Part shown: piece by piece, positions 12,721-24,872 of the stretch
Layout: each line of letters starts with the position of its first letter
Numbering within the stretch: the stretch's first letter is position 1
Assembly (NCBI GenBank): GCA_010093605.1
Contig: MU004188.1
Span: forward strand, 2,061,918 to 2,125,917
DNA length: 64,000 nucleotides
Direction of reading: 5' to 3'
Origin: Lophium mytilinum
Taxonomy: Eukaryota
Made by a program: the position numbers and the translations under genes
Notes under the pieces: model-generated
Database searches by the model: none
What the model was told of the DNA's origin: nothing
Seen by the model: only the letters and a program-made list of their open reading frames with translations

Positions 12721-15700
12721 TTATTTAGATATTATATGCTTATTTTAATCGGTTTTAGCTAATTTACACGTTTCTAAGGGTTATTATATTCTCCCCCTCT
12801 ATCTAGAGCGGTAAATTAAGAAAGAATAGAGTATAGAAGAAGTCTAGTAATCTAGAAAATCTAAAAACCTTATAGGAAAAATAGAAAAGAATTCTTAAAT
12901 AGAAGCCTTATTAAAACCTATATATATAGAAAAGAGTACTTCCCCTTTAGTACGCGTATTCTTCTAAACTAATTGCTTTTTAAAAGAGTAGGAAATAATC
13001 TTTTAGTAGTGCTTTTATAAGCCTATTAGCTACTTATTTCTCTATTAGTATAAATTAGAGGTTAATAGTATTATTAGCTTACTTTTCCTATATATAGTAG
13101 TGTTAGATAGCTATATACTTAGTCTAGAAGTAAAACTGCGGGTTTCTAGCTAAGGTAATTACTTCTTAGTTGTCGCTATATATAATTATTACTAAAGGTA
13201 ACTTTATAGTTAAGAGCTTTTAAAGGAGACTCTATAGCTATATAGCTTCTTTTATAGCTTATATTTCTTCTATATATTTAGCTTTATATAATAAGAGTGT
13301 AACTACTAATTATTATTTTAAAGACTAGCTAATAGCTGCGCTGCTAATATTAAAGATATATCTAGCTATAGAGTGGCGCGTCTCTTAGTCTTCTACCTAG
13401 TTAGAGTTAGTATATTTTATAAGAGGTGCTAATTCCCCTTTATATACTAGGCGGAAGTTAATAGTGCCTTATAGGTACTAAAGTACGCGTTTAACTACTT
13501 TTTTATGCGCTAGTGCTAGATTTACTAGGTATTAGCTATATACTAACACTATATATATAATATCTAGGTAAGTGCTAAGTATAGTATATATTAGAGATTT
13601 AATAGCTCTTATATACTATACTTTAAGTTCTAGCATTACCTTATAGTCTTCTACTAGTACTTTAATGCGGCTAGTGTCTATAGGCGTAGCGTATAGTTTT
13701 CCCTTATCTATTTTAAATTTAGTAAGGACTTTAGATATATAGCCTTATTAATTAAGTGTAAGGGTTTAATTCTATCTATTATATATAATAGATATTTCTA
13801 GATAGTAGCTATATAGGCCTAGGTCTAATATCTAGAAATAATTATTAAGTAGACTCTTAATTTCCTAGATTTTATTATATAATAGTTCTATAATTAATAA
13901 GTTATCTATATATACTATAATAAATATATAGCCTTTAGAAAATATAGTAAGGTCTAAATCTAATAGTAAAAAGCTATAACCTTTTAGGTAGGTAGCTAGA
14001 GTATAGTACTATATTCTAGGCGATTATTTTAAGCTATATAACGCCTTATTAAGTTTATAGACTTAGTTTCTAGGTTAGCTAAGGCCGCGCGGTTATTCTA
14101 TATAGATTTCTTTATCTATATTACTATATAGAAATGCTGTTTTAATATCTATCTACTTAATTTCTAGGTTAAGGGCTATAGCTATAGTAAAGATAGCTTT
14201 ATAGCTTATAGGCTTAACTACTAATGTAAAAGTCTTATAGTAGTTAATTTCTTCTTATTACTTAAAGCCTTAGACTACCTACTAAGCTTTATAGCGTAGA
14301 ATCTCTCTAGCAGGCCTATATTTAAGTTTAAATACCTACTTTCCTTCTAGAATGCGGTAGTTATATAGTATATTTATAAGGGTCTAGATATTATTTTCTT
14401 CTAGTAATAGAACTTTATCCTTTATAGCCTTCTTCTACTTATTCTAGAGTAGATCTACTTAAGCTTAATTAAATATTTTAGGTTTAAATAGCTTAGTAAC
14501 AGCGGCAGCAGCTATTAGGCTTAGTAGAGCTATATTTTAATCTAGTCCTCTAGTAGTAGGTCTAGTTTATATTTCTAGCTTAAGTTCTTCTAGTAGCTCT
14601 AAGTTAGCTAATTATAGATTCTTAAGTGCTACTTTTAGAATAGCTAGCTTAGTAGTTATATATACTCCTTCTTCTAATTAATTTAGATTTAGATAGTTAA
14701 GTGTTGCTATTTCTAGAACGCGGTATCTATCTAAGTTAAGAGGTAATTCTAAATAGATACTCTATATACTTTATATATAAGTTATAGGTTCTCTAGGCTT
14801 AACTTATATATACTAACGTTTCTATAGAACCTTCTATAATAGTAGTACTTACTTTAGGTTATTCTATAAGGGCTAAGCGCGTACTAACTATATATATAAT
14901 AGCTGCCTTTATATTAGCTGCGTGTATATAAATTATACTAGTATTAGTAAGTAAGCTAGTAAACTATAATAAGACGGTAATTATAGCAACTAAGAAGAAG
15001 TCTAGTACTATAATGGCGTAGAACTTTATATTTATTTTAGTAGAGAAGAGTTACTTTTATTTCTATCTCTATTACTATTATATAGATTGCGAGTAGTACT
15101 TAGTTATCTCTTTTAGCTAAGACTTATTAGTGCGGCAGCTCGTATAAGAAGTGCAGCTATAGTAGTAGAATTTACTAGGTTTTATAGTAGTGCGTTAACT
15201 TTATACTACTTTCTAGTATAACTTTATTCTTCTAGATAAATAACGTCCGTTATAGTTAGAATTTAATTATTCTTATTTAATAACCGGTAGTATTATTCTT
15301 CTAAGTATCTAATTAGCGTATATATTTTAGTTCTTATATATCTAATTGCCTTTTAGTCTCTCTCTTTCTTTAATGTATAGCATTTTAAGCTAATTATGCA
15401 TAGCTAGAATAGGTCTAGAAGGTTGCCGTGCTAAGCTTAGTATAGAGTTATACTAATTACTAAGCTAGGGCTTTAGTTTTAAACTATAATAACTACTTAT
15501 AGTACTTCTAGCTACTATTTTAAATTTAGGCCAGCGTTAAATAGCGTAGGGTTTAGTTTAGAGAGTATATACTAATTAAGTACTTCCGCGGAGCTATTTT
15601 CTTAGTATTAGTCTGTTTCTATATATTCTAGAAGAATTCCCCGGTTATAGTAGTACTCTTAAAAGATTCCTAAAATATTCTCCCCTACTTAGTCTAGTCT

Positions 15701-18670
15701 AATGCGCCTAATGCGGCGCTTAATAGTCTTATTAGAGTTAATAAAGTATTTTAAATAGTAGAAGAACTTGTCTCTTTATTTAAGTAGGTAGACCTATGCA
15801 TTCTAGGTTTTATTATAGAGAAAGGTTATCTAGTATTTTACTCTATTATATTCTAGTATAAAAGAACCGGCTATATCTATATAGATTAGTTCTAGTAGAC
15901 TAGTTTCTTATTAGTTATAATACTTATAGAACCCCGCTTTTATCTAACCTTTTATGTAGCCTATATATAGGCAGTCTAGGTTAAGTAGCTTTATACTAAC
16001 TAATATTCCTTAAAGTTTATAGAGGTTTTATTTGCCTAGGTAAGCTATTTATTTATACTAGATTTAAAGCGTTAGGTCTATAATTTTATATGCAGCTATT
16101 ACTAATATAGGCGTAATATCTTTCTTCTACTATTAGATTGCGTAGACCCCCTTTTAGTGGGGTGCTAGAATAGTAACTCCTAAGAGTTCTATTATAGCTT
16201 AATAGGGTTTAAAGCTTACGCGTGCGCCTTAGTTTATTAGTTTTAAGACTAATATAAGGTTATATCTAAAGCCGGGAGTATATAATATATTAGTAAGGTA
16301 GAAAAGAACCTACTATTTCTTATAGTTATATTCTAGCTAAACTATTCCTATTTTAGTTAGTTAGGTAATAGTTTCTTTTATTTCTTCTATTCTAGGGCCT
16401 TAATATGGCTTTATTATAGATTTAATAAAGTCTTTTTAGATACTGCAATAGTAAGTTAAATAATCTATATTAATTAGCTAGATATTATTAGGTATAGTAG
16501 ATGTATTTACTATATAGGCAATATAGTTAGTTTCTTCTAGAAATTTAAAATTAGCAGGAAAGACTACTAGGTTAGCGCTATATTCCTTAATAGTGTCTAT
16601 TTTCTAGCGCTTTAAGCTAGATTCCTTAGAATTATTAGCCTTCTTCTCCTATTTTACCTTTCTCTTAGCCGCCTTCTTTTCTTTAAACTTCTTTTCTAGA
16701 TATAGGTAAAGTTTCTAGTAGGTAGAGGCGTTATGCTAGGCCTTCTTTTTATAATAAGTATAATACTTATTATAAGTATAGTTTTCTTTTCTATTTCTAG
16801 TACTATATAATTTCCCTTTAGCTTGCGTGGCTATTATAGCTTTTTTATATCCTTTATCTACTTTAAGAGAAGTCTTGTAACGTTGCATTACTATAATAGT
16901 AGAGCTAAAGTTTAAAGCTAGTCTTATAATAATACTAGCTGCATCTCTTATAGAAATAGTTAGATTTTAAGTTTAGAAGAGGTTAGCTAATATTTAGTAG
17001 TCGGTTCTAAGTCTATTAAAGAAGTTATTAATTAAGTATACTTTACTATATTTGCAGGTTAGATTAATATTAGTAAGGTCTTAATTTACTTCTTAAAGCT
17101 TATCTATAAAGTCCCCTACGCTTATATAATTATTAAATAATATATTACTATAGTTAAGTTAATGCTAATAGATTATCCTATAGTCTACGTCTTAAAAGTA
17201 GAGGTATAGGGCGTTAAGTAGTAGTGCTACTTATTTAATATTATCTATTATATATTATACGTTAAACCCGCATTAAGTTATAATTATAGATATTACTTAG
17301 TCCTAATAGTTAAGCTATTTATTTAGCTTTTCCTTATATTTCTCTATCTTATCTTTCTATCTTATAATTAATCTAGCGTCTACTGCTATTATAGTACCTA
17401 AATTTAAAGGTTAAGTAGATCTACTAGCTTTCTATTCTACTATAGAGGTGTCTATAGTAACTATTATTACTATTTAAGAATCTAGAGGAGCTATTAGTGC
17501 TATCTAATTCTATCCCCCTACTAGAAGATTGCTAAAACCGTTTATTTATAGCTATACTATTATTTTCTAATTCTACTAAATCTAGCTAGTTAATAAGTTA
17601 AGTTTCTTAATCTAAGCTAGCAACGCTTTACCTATCTTAACCGGCATAGCGTCTTAGGGTAATTAGTTCTAATCTAGAGGATAAAGAAGGTAAAGAAGTT
17701 AGTTCTAGCTTAGATAAGAATAACCTAGATAATAATTCTAGTAAGAATCTAATTATAATTAGAGCTGGAGAGTATTAATAGGGTAGTATTTCTACGCGGA
17801 GTAATATATAAGTCTACTATATAGGTGCAGGAGATATACTTAGTATCTCTAATTAAGATAAGATAGCTTCTATAGTTACTTTAGGCCTTAGTCTAGGTCT
17901 TAACTATACTAATAGTCCCTATAAATTACGGCTATTAATACTTAATAGAAAAGTATTATTTATAGAGTAATTTAAGGTAATAGTAGTATCTAATGCGTTA
18001 TTATTAATATAATCTTTATTAGTGCCGGCGATAATTTTAAAATAGGTATCTTACTTATCTAATAGTCTAATATCTTAAGGTCTTTTAGTGTATAGCTTAA
18101 AGGTACTAACTAAGAGGTCCTTAGCTAGGTATTAGAAGTTGTTTTAATTTAGTATATAATAGACTTCTTTCCGGGTAGGCTTTAGTAGATAAGGTTAAAG
18201 GTTGTATATCTTTTAAATATATAATAGTAGATAGAGAGAGTATATTAAACTTATTATAAAGAGAATTTTCTTCCCTTTAAGTATTTTAAATGTTATTTTA
18301 TAATAGCGGGTACTTACTTTATTATTACTTAATTAAACCGGGCATGTAAGGGCCTAGATCTAGACATTTATTCTAGATATAAGGGGTTACTAGAGTATAT
18401 TATATATAGATAGCTTAGGTAGAGTAGTACTATAGTTAGTATAGGTCTAGATAGGTCTAGCTAGATATTATACTAAAGTTTTAACGTTTTTAGTATCTAG
18501 ATCTAGTCTAGATTTCTAAATATAGATTAATCTACTTAATTCTATAGTTAGATTATATAGAAGGTTGCGTAATAAAAGGGTAGTAGTTAACTATTATAGA
18601 TCTCCTATATATTTTTAGTATATTATTATATAGATATTAGATAATACTTAGCTAAGCCGGGCTTATAACC

Positions 18671-18821
18671 TATTAAAATTAGGTTATATAGATTTAATTA
18701 CCCCTTAAATTATACTAAGAGAGAGGAGACTATATAGCTATAGTTCTATATACTTTAGTAGAATTATATAGTAAACTAGTTAGCGTCTATACTATTAATA
18801 GAACTCTTACTAGTTTTAATA
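18671..18821 (-). repeat. 5' LTR of the copia element
   Basis: Near-identical to 10942-11092; preceded on the + strand by GGGCTTATAACC. Confidence 0.92.
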
Positions 18822-19450
18822 TAAAGCTCTACCTAAAAATATTATAAGGTTATAATTATAAATTATATAGTTAAATTCTTATAACTTATTCTTAATTACT
18901 AAATAATATTAAAGGACTGCTAACGGTGTAATTAAAGTATAGTAAATTGGTATATTAATCTATAATATTATAATCCGAACATCTTAAGATTATCTTAAAA
19001 ATTAATACTGGGGGACCCGTAACGGCGTTATAATACTGCGAGGAGAAATATATTAAACCGCTTCTTTTCTTTCTATTCCCGGATACCCCCTTTTCTTCCC
19101 TTCTTGTCACCTACCCTCTTTTTCGCCATCTGCTTTTTCACACATCTGCGTACACCTGCATACCGCCGTCTGAAGTCCCTCAGCACACTCTCCCAAACCC
19201 GATCGACGTCATTTGCACGACCCGGACACCTCGCCAGGCCACCTCAGACAGCGGTGACCCACGTTCCTCCAACACTCACATGTGATCCGGAATAAAGTCT
19301 CCCCGCTTCCGACACAGTTGTTTATAATACTTCACCCACCGCGCTTCCACCCTCTCTTCCTTGTACGACCCTCTTTCGAGCCTTTCGTCAACCTTCATCA
19401 CACGCTTCGTCACCACGCTTTGTAGCCTTTCGTCACCCTTCGTACACAAG

Positions 19451-20766
19451 ATGGATCACTACACAACCCTCGGCGTCGCTCAAACTGCCACCAAAGATGC
19501 CATTCGCACCGCGTACAAGAAGCTCGCGCTCAAGTTCCACCCAGACAAAGTCACCGACCCCGCCCACCGCGTCGCCAGCGAAGAGGCCTTCAAGGCCGTA
19601 GGCAACGCGTACGAGATCCTCTTCGACGACAAGAAGCGTGCCACCTACGACGCCCACATCGCCCACAACAACGCCATCAACGCGAACAACCCCAACAACG
19701 CCACAAAGCGTCCTCGGACTCAGCAGAACAACGCCCCAAAGCCTGCCCCCTCCGCGTCGAACTTCTACCCAAAGCCCACGCAGTCCGGTCCAAACTTCCA
19801 CCAAGTCCCGATCTGGAACGGGTTTCTCTGGGTGTACCAAGTTGGCACCGGCGTGAACCAGTACTGGGCCCCTTGGCCTACCTCCTGGCCGACCCCTTCG
19901 CCTGCCCCCACCCCCCCTCCGCGTGCCCAACATCCGCCACCACCGCCGCAACAGGCCCCCCCTCCACCACCCCCTCCGCGTCCGACGCTAGCAGAAGAAG
20001 CCTCCCGAGCCGCCGTACGCGCCGTCGACCAGCGCGCGCAGAAGAACGCCCAAGACGCGAAGAAGCACGCCGCCGAGGCCGCTCGTTGCGCGCAGAGTGC
20101 CCGCGTTTTCTTTGCCGACGCCGAGGCCCTTGAAGAAGACCTCCTCGTCGCCCTTGGAGGGGACGATAATGCCGCAATAGCGGTTTTGGTGAAGAAGCTG
20201 GCGGAAGCGGCGAGTACGGCGAGGGACGCTGCGGGGGAGACGCTGAGAGCGTGGCAGCAGGTGGTGAAGGTAATTGTATCCATTGCTCCCTTTTCTGCCC
20301 TTTGTGGTTCTTTTGAATGTTCTTCTATTTGTGGTTTTGGTGGGTTTGGTGGGTTTACTGGTCCCCTTCGTGCCCTGTCCTTCACCCTCTCTACCCTTCT
20401 GTGTCTTGTTTTGCTTGTTTTACATATTGTCCTTCATCCATTTCTTCTCACAAAGCTAAACAAACTCTCAAAAAGGTGGCCACAGACGCCGTGGCGGGGT
20501 ACGCCGAGGCCGGCCGGCTGTGGGAAGCCGCGGCCGCGCTCTCCTACCGGGAGCGAGGCGGCGAGGGGCGGAAAGAGGTGGCAGATTGCCCGGGAGCGTG
20601 CCGGAAGGCGGCCGGGGAGGCGGAGAAGAGGTGCCAAGAGGGGCGGGAGAGGGTGGAGGAGTGGGAGAAGTTGGGGGGGAAGGGGGGGAAGTGGGTCGAG
20701 GAGAAGTGGAAGTGGGCCTCGGAGCTGGCGAAGAACTGGAAGATGCACCTGCCGGTGGAGGGGTAG
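19451..20766 (+). CDS. J-domain (DnaJ, class C) protein with a Pro-rich linker and Ala-rich helical C-terminus
   Basis: MDHYTTLGV...IRTAYKKLALKFHPDK...FKAVGNAYEILFDDKKRATYD, with the HPD motif. Intron 20270-20475 joins to VATDAVAGY...MHLPVEG* in the 20317..20766 frame. Confidence 0.85.
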
Positions 20767-21199
20767 GTGCTCCTTCTGGTTCTTCTCCGGCTCTGGGGGG
20801 GTTGTGGGGGCCGTGGCGTCGCTGTCGTGGCCGTGGCGTGGCGTCGCTGTCGTGGCCGTGGCGTGGCGTAGTGGGAGAATAATGAGAAGTGTTTGATGAT
20901 GTGACTTGAGACTCTTACTTGTGATGTTGGTTCTTGTAGCTTTTGACGTACTGTGGTAATTCTGGCGGTGCGGGATGGCGTTTTGGGGGTAGTGCAAACA
21001 CCCTCTGGCGCTCCTGGGCATATGGTTTTTTTAAGAAGTGAATGTCAAGTGCTCCACCCCGTGATCCAGGAGTCGGGCTTTCTAACTCTGTTTCATGCGA
21101 ACTCTGGCGTACTACTGTAACTCCAGCTATCTAGCCGTACGTTTTGCGGGATGTTACAATCATGAATGGTACCCCAGAGCGTTTCGTTTCGTTCGGGAG

Positions 21200-22190
21200 T
21201 GAATGTCAAGCACACCACGCTGTGAATCAGACAGCCAATAATCTAGGGCATAATACCGCCGTTAGAGGTCCTCTGACGTGCTTTAAGAATCGAGAACGGG
21301 ATGTAAAGCACACCACGCTGTGAATCACACAACTAACAACCCAGTATATGATACCGCCGTTGGAAGCCCTCCAACGTGGTCGGAAAATGGGAAACACGAT
21401 GTAAAGTCTGTTGTACTGTAAATTGGGCAGCTAGTTGTTTATAGCGCGACGCCGCCGTTAGAGGTCCCCCGACGTGCTCTAAACATTAGAGACGCGAGGT
21501 AAAATCTATCACGCTATGAATTAGGTAGCTGATATTTATAGTGTGATACCGCCGTTAGGAATTCTCCAACATGCTGTAAGAATCGAGAACGTAATGTAAA
21601 GCCTCTGTTGTCGTGAATGAGGCTGATTTCTTCCGCAGTAGGATGACACCGTCTGAAGTCCTCCAACACACTTTTCAAATCGAGAGCGTGATGTCAAATC
21701 TCAGTTATTGTATACTAGACTGCGAGCTTTTCACAGCGTGATGACACCGTCTGAAGTCCTCTCGCATACTTTGAAATTTGAGGACATAATGTCAAGTCTC
21801 TGTCGTCGTACATCAGCATGCTGGCTTCGACACCATAATGACACCGTCTGAAGTCCTCCAAGGCTCCTTCTAAATCGAGAACGTAATTCAAAGCCTCTGT
21901 AGTCGTATACAAGGATATAAGCGTTTCAAAGTATAATGGCACTATTAGGGGTTCTCTAGCACCCTGTTAGAAACGGGAAGGAGATGAGAAGTCTTATTCG
22001 TCGTATATTAGCATTCTAGCATTTTACAGCAGGATAGCACCGTCTGAAGTCTTCTAGTGCCTGTTCAAAACTGAGAATACGATGTCATGTCCCCGTCATC
22101 GTATATCAGCATACTAGCTCTTAGCGGTATGATAACACCGTCTGAAGTCTTCCAGTACCTTTTAAAAAATGGGAACGAGATGTAGAAATC
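21200..22190 (+). repeat. Diverged non-coding tandem array, ~10 units of 97-98 bp
   Basis: The core CCGCCGTT / ACACCGTCTGAAGTC recurs at 21256, 21354, 21452, 21549, 21646, 21744, 21841, 21939, 22037 and 22135. Confidence 0.9.
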
Positions 22191-22676
22191 TTTCCTTCGT
22201 GATTCTCGAAGTCGAGATTCCTCCCTCGTCCAGAATGCTCAAAATACGACGAGGCTCCTCACGCAGCGGCGAACGTCGAGCAAGTGGACGGATACCTATA
22301 ACGAAGCAATGTATTAAAAGTTTTGCCCGCTTGACGCCACTGTAAGGAGTGCCTCGGCCTTCACATGTTCAGCCTGCTAAAAGGTAGCGACTCATGGCTT
22401 CCCTGGACTGTGGACGTCCCTGCTTCCCATTTCTCGTTCCTAGCCTCCCCTTCCCATCTCCGCGTCTCAGAACTTCACTTCCTGTCAACAAACATACCAT
22501 TCTCAGATTATCCCTCCAGTCACCCGTTTCAACACATACCATTATCGTATCAGCTATCCCATCATCCATTCGAGAACTCACTGTCTCGTCTCATTCGCTC
22601 ACCTATTCGTTCGAGAACTTGCTGCTCTCATCTCATTCGTTCCGAATCTCCACCGTCGCATACTTGAACGTTCAGT

Positions 22677-23441
22677 ATGGCTACGAGGCCGAGCATGATG
22701 TCCAAGATCAGAGAATTGGAAAGACGATCTGTAGCGGTGATGTCGAGGATCAGGGAACCAGCCATACGCAAATACACAACGCTCACGCTCCGTGCCAAAC
22801 TCTACTTTCGCTCGGCCCACTGGGACGAAAATAATGACCACTATTTCGATGTCTACCTGGAAGGCCACCAATGGCAGTCCAAACGCCTATACCTGACTCC
22901 AAGCGATAACTCCCATTCTTCTTATGACATTTCCTTTGGACTTGGAAACTACGACATAGACTTCCACCGAGATGACGGTCCGGTGCTCGGCCGCCAGATT
23001 ATATGCTCAGGCGACATCGGCCCCTTGCACCCCAATGGGAGTACTACGTTGCTGAGATTTTATTCCGATGCTCATCAAAGCCATGTTGGAGGCCAGAACC
23101 TTGGAATGATGCTGCAGCACTACCGGACAGGGAGGCGAACGCTTCTTTTTTCTTCTGCTAAATCTCATCCGCGTCGGAGGTTCGTATGGACACGTCTTAA
23201 CGCCGCCTTTCCTACCCGGACGGTGCCTGATATTGGTCTGGGCCTCACCGATGATCAGGGGAATGACTGGGTGCACTTTCAGAACAATATGCCTAAGGTT
23301 TTGATACACAAGAGGAGTAAAGTGGGAAGGTTGTATGTATGTGAAGGCAACCTGTTGCAGGAGGTTGAAGACATTGTCGTCGCGAGCTGCATGGCCGTGT
23401 TGATGGAGGGGGAGCCTGGTTGGAAGAGGCTGGCTCGCTGA
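22677..23441 (+). CDS. Hypothetical 254-aa protein (possibly tubby/LURP- or DUF6593-like fold)
   Basis: Intronless ORF. The C-terminal pattern RRFVW...L.LTD..G...VGRLYV...EDIVVASCMAV resembles fungal beta-barrel-plus-helix proteins; family is a guess. Confidence 0.55.
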   Translation: MATRPSMMSKIRELERRSVAVMSRIREPAIRKYTTLTLRAKLYFRSAHWDENNDHYFDVYLEGHQWQSKRLYLTPSDNSHSSYDISFGLGNYDIDFHRDDGPVLGRQIICSGDIGPLHPNGSTTLLRFYSDAHQSHVGGQNLGMMLQHYRTGRRTLLFSSAKSHPRRRFVWTRLNAAFPTRTVPDIGLGLTDDQGNDWVHFQNNMPKVLIHKRSKVGRLYVCEGNLLQEVEDIVVASCMAVLMEGEPGWKRLAR

Positions 23442-24872
23442 TAAGTAAAGCTACCCTCTCTCTCTGTTGCAGATCGTTTAACGACTCTATAACTACGGAC
23501 GAGTACCACATACTAACGCTTCTCAGCATGGTCATGTAGCACACGCTCTACGCTACGACTTTCCAATTCATCGGTGTACACCTCTCTCATAGTGTATGGG
23601 GTAACCTCCCACATTTTCTAGTTTTCCAGAATGCCACTCTTTCCTCCAAATCGAAACTACGAAAAAGATTATGAAGTACCAAAGCAATAGTGGAAGCCGG
23701 CACAGTTTTGTATGACGACGCTTGTGTCTCCGCCGTCTCATCCAATTCTCGAAGCCTGAAGGCTTCACATGCTCAGATCTAGTTGAACATCGCCCTGTCT
23801 TCCTTGCCATCATACGCTTCGGTTGCATTCCGGTGCACAGCCAACATGCACCCAGGCTCACGAGCAAAGACGGAACTATCGTCTGCATCGTTAAACGTAA
23901 TCGCATCGAACACTTCCCCCCACCGTCAGTCGAAAAGCAGCTCGTGACTTGTCTAGATCATGTGACTCTCACTTTTCGGCGTTGATCTCGAGGTAGATAG
24001 CTCGAACAATCGTCTGAACGTGCAACTTCCAGGAGAGTGTGAGCCGGTGGGTTTGAAAGCTGGTCTTTCGTCTCTTCTATGTGGCACGATAACACGGACG
24101 GAGCAATCGAGATTTGGTGTGCAGGCGTCCGAGGAGAGTTTTTGAGACTTTGATTTCAAATGGTGAATCCCACAATCTCATGAGTAAGGCTCGGTGGGGA
24201 CGGGAAAGTGTGGAGCGATCATTCGCGAATTCGGTGCTTATCATCACTAATTATTCCCACTGCTTCTTTTCTCATTTCTAAAAAACTGCCGACACTCGTT
24301 TATAACCGATTCGGACGCTCATCGACTCCCCTCATCAAAGTAGAGCATCATAATACAATGCCGGCGATCAACAGCAGCTTTATTTTCGTTCCTGGGGCCT
24401 GCCGCCAGTACATGATGGTTCAAGAAGACATCTTTTGACATCGCCCCAGCAATCCACCCACTTCAGAGACCATGTTCCTCCACGATGGTACGTTTTACAA
24501 CCTCAACCACTGCCCGAATCATCAGTCGGCGAGAACTTTGGAGTTCAATTCGCCGCCAGATGTCCTTCCACTCGAAATGATCCAGCCAACACTCCAGCAC
24601 CCCATCATGGGTCACCACTAGGTGTTTTAATATATGACCCAAATATGGAACCGAGATGGTGTGGCTTTGCTGAACCCGTGGCGTTCCCCACTCGTAACAA
24701 CTTCAGGATAGGAACGCGGCCAGGCTCTTGCAAGAAAAAGGAGGGTTCAGTGAGTAAGTTCACGTGCTAGTCATGTGATCGAACGATTTTGCGCGACTTA
24801 CATGGTATTTCCAGGAAGGATACGGACACAAACTCAGCGATAATGAAAAGCCGTACATTCCAACCAACCCCC

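Larger units (their letters stand above)
10942..18821 (-). mobile_element. Full-length RIP-inactivated Ty1/copia LTR retrotransposon (7.88 kb)
   Basis: 151-bp LTRs at 10942-11092 and 18671-18821; TSD TAAAG at 10937-10941 and 18822-18826. GGTTATAAGCCC (RIP form of GGTTATGAGCCC) follows the 5' LTR on the minus strand. De-RIPed motifs in copia order: gag knuckle CTHCKK..H....CWKLHP (~16700-16765), integrase region, RT LNKALYGLKQSPRIWY (~14005-14055) and VYVDDLLI (~13890-13915), RNase H QVADGLTKAL (~13010-13040). Confidence 0.93.

Noticed and set aside
20808..20870. ~25-bp tandem duplication GTGGCGTCGCTGTCGTGGCCGTGGC downstream of the J-domain gene
   Set aside because: Ordinary slippage-type minisatellite with no further structure.
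19361..20896. 511-aa ORF from the track as the J-domain protein
   Set aside because: It reads through a clear intron (20270-20475) into a wrong-frame Gly/Arg-rich tail; the spliced model from ATG 19451 fits better.
21200..22190. CRISPR array interpretation (repeated GACACCGTCTGAAGTC core with variable intervening DNA)
   Set aside because: The genome is eukaryotic, no cas genes are present, and the intervening segments are homologous to each other rather than unique spacers.
24358..24540. MPAINSSFIFVPGAC...PLPESSVG resembles the start of an alpha/beta-hydrolase (VPGAWH)
   Set aside because: The similarity is too short and needs a frame change; no GxSxG motif follows.
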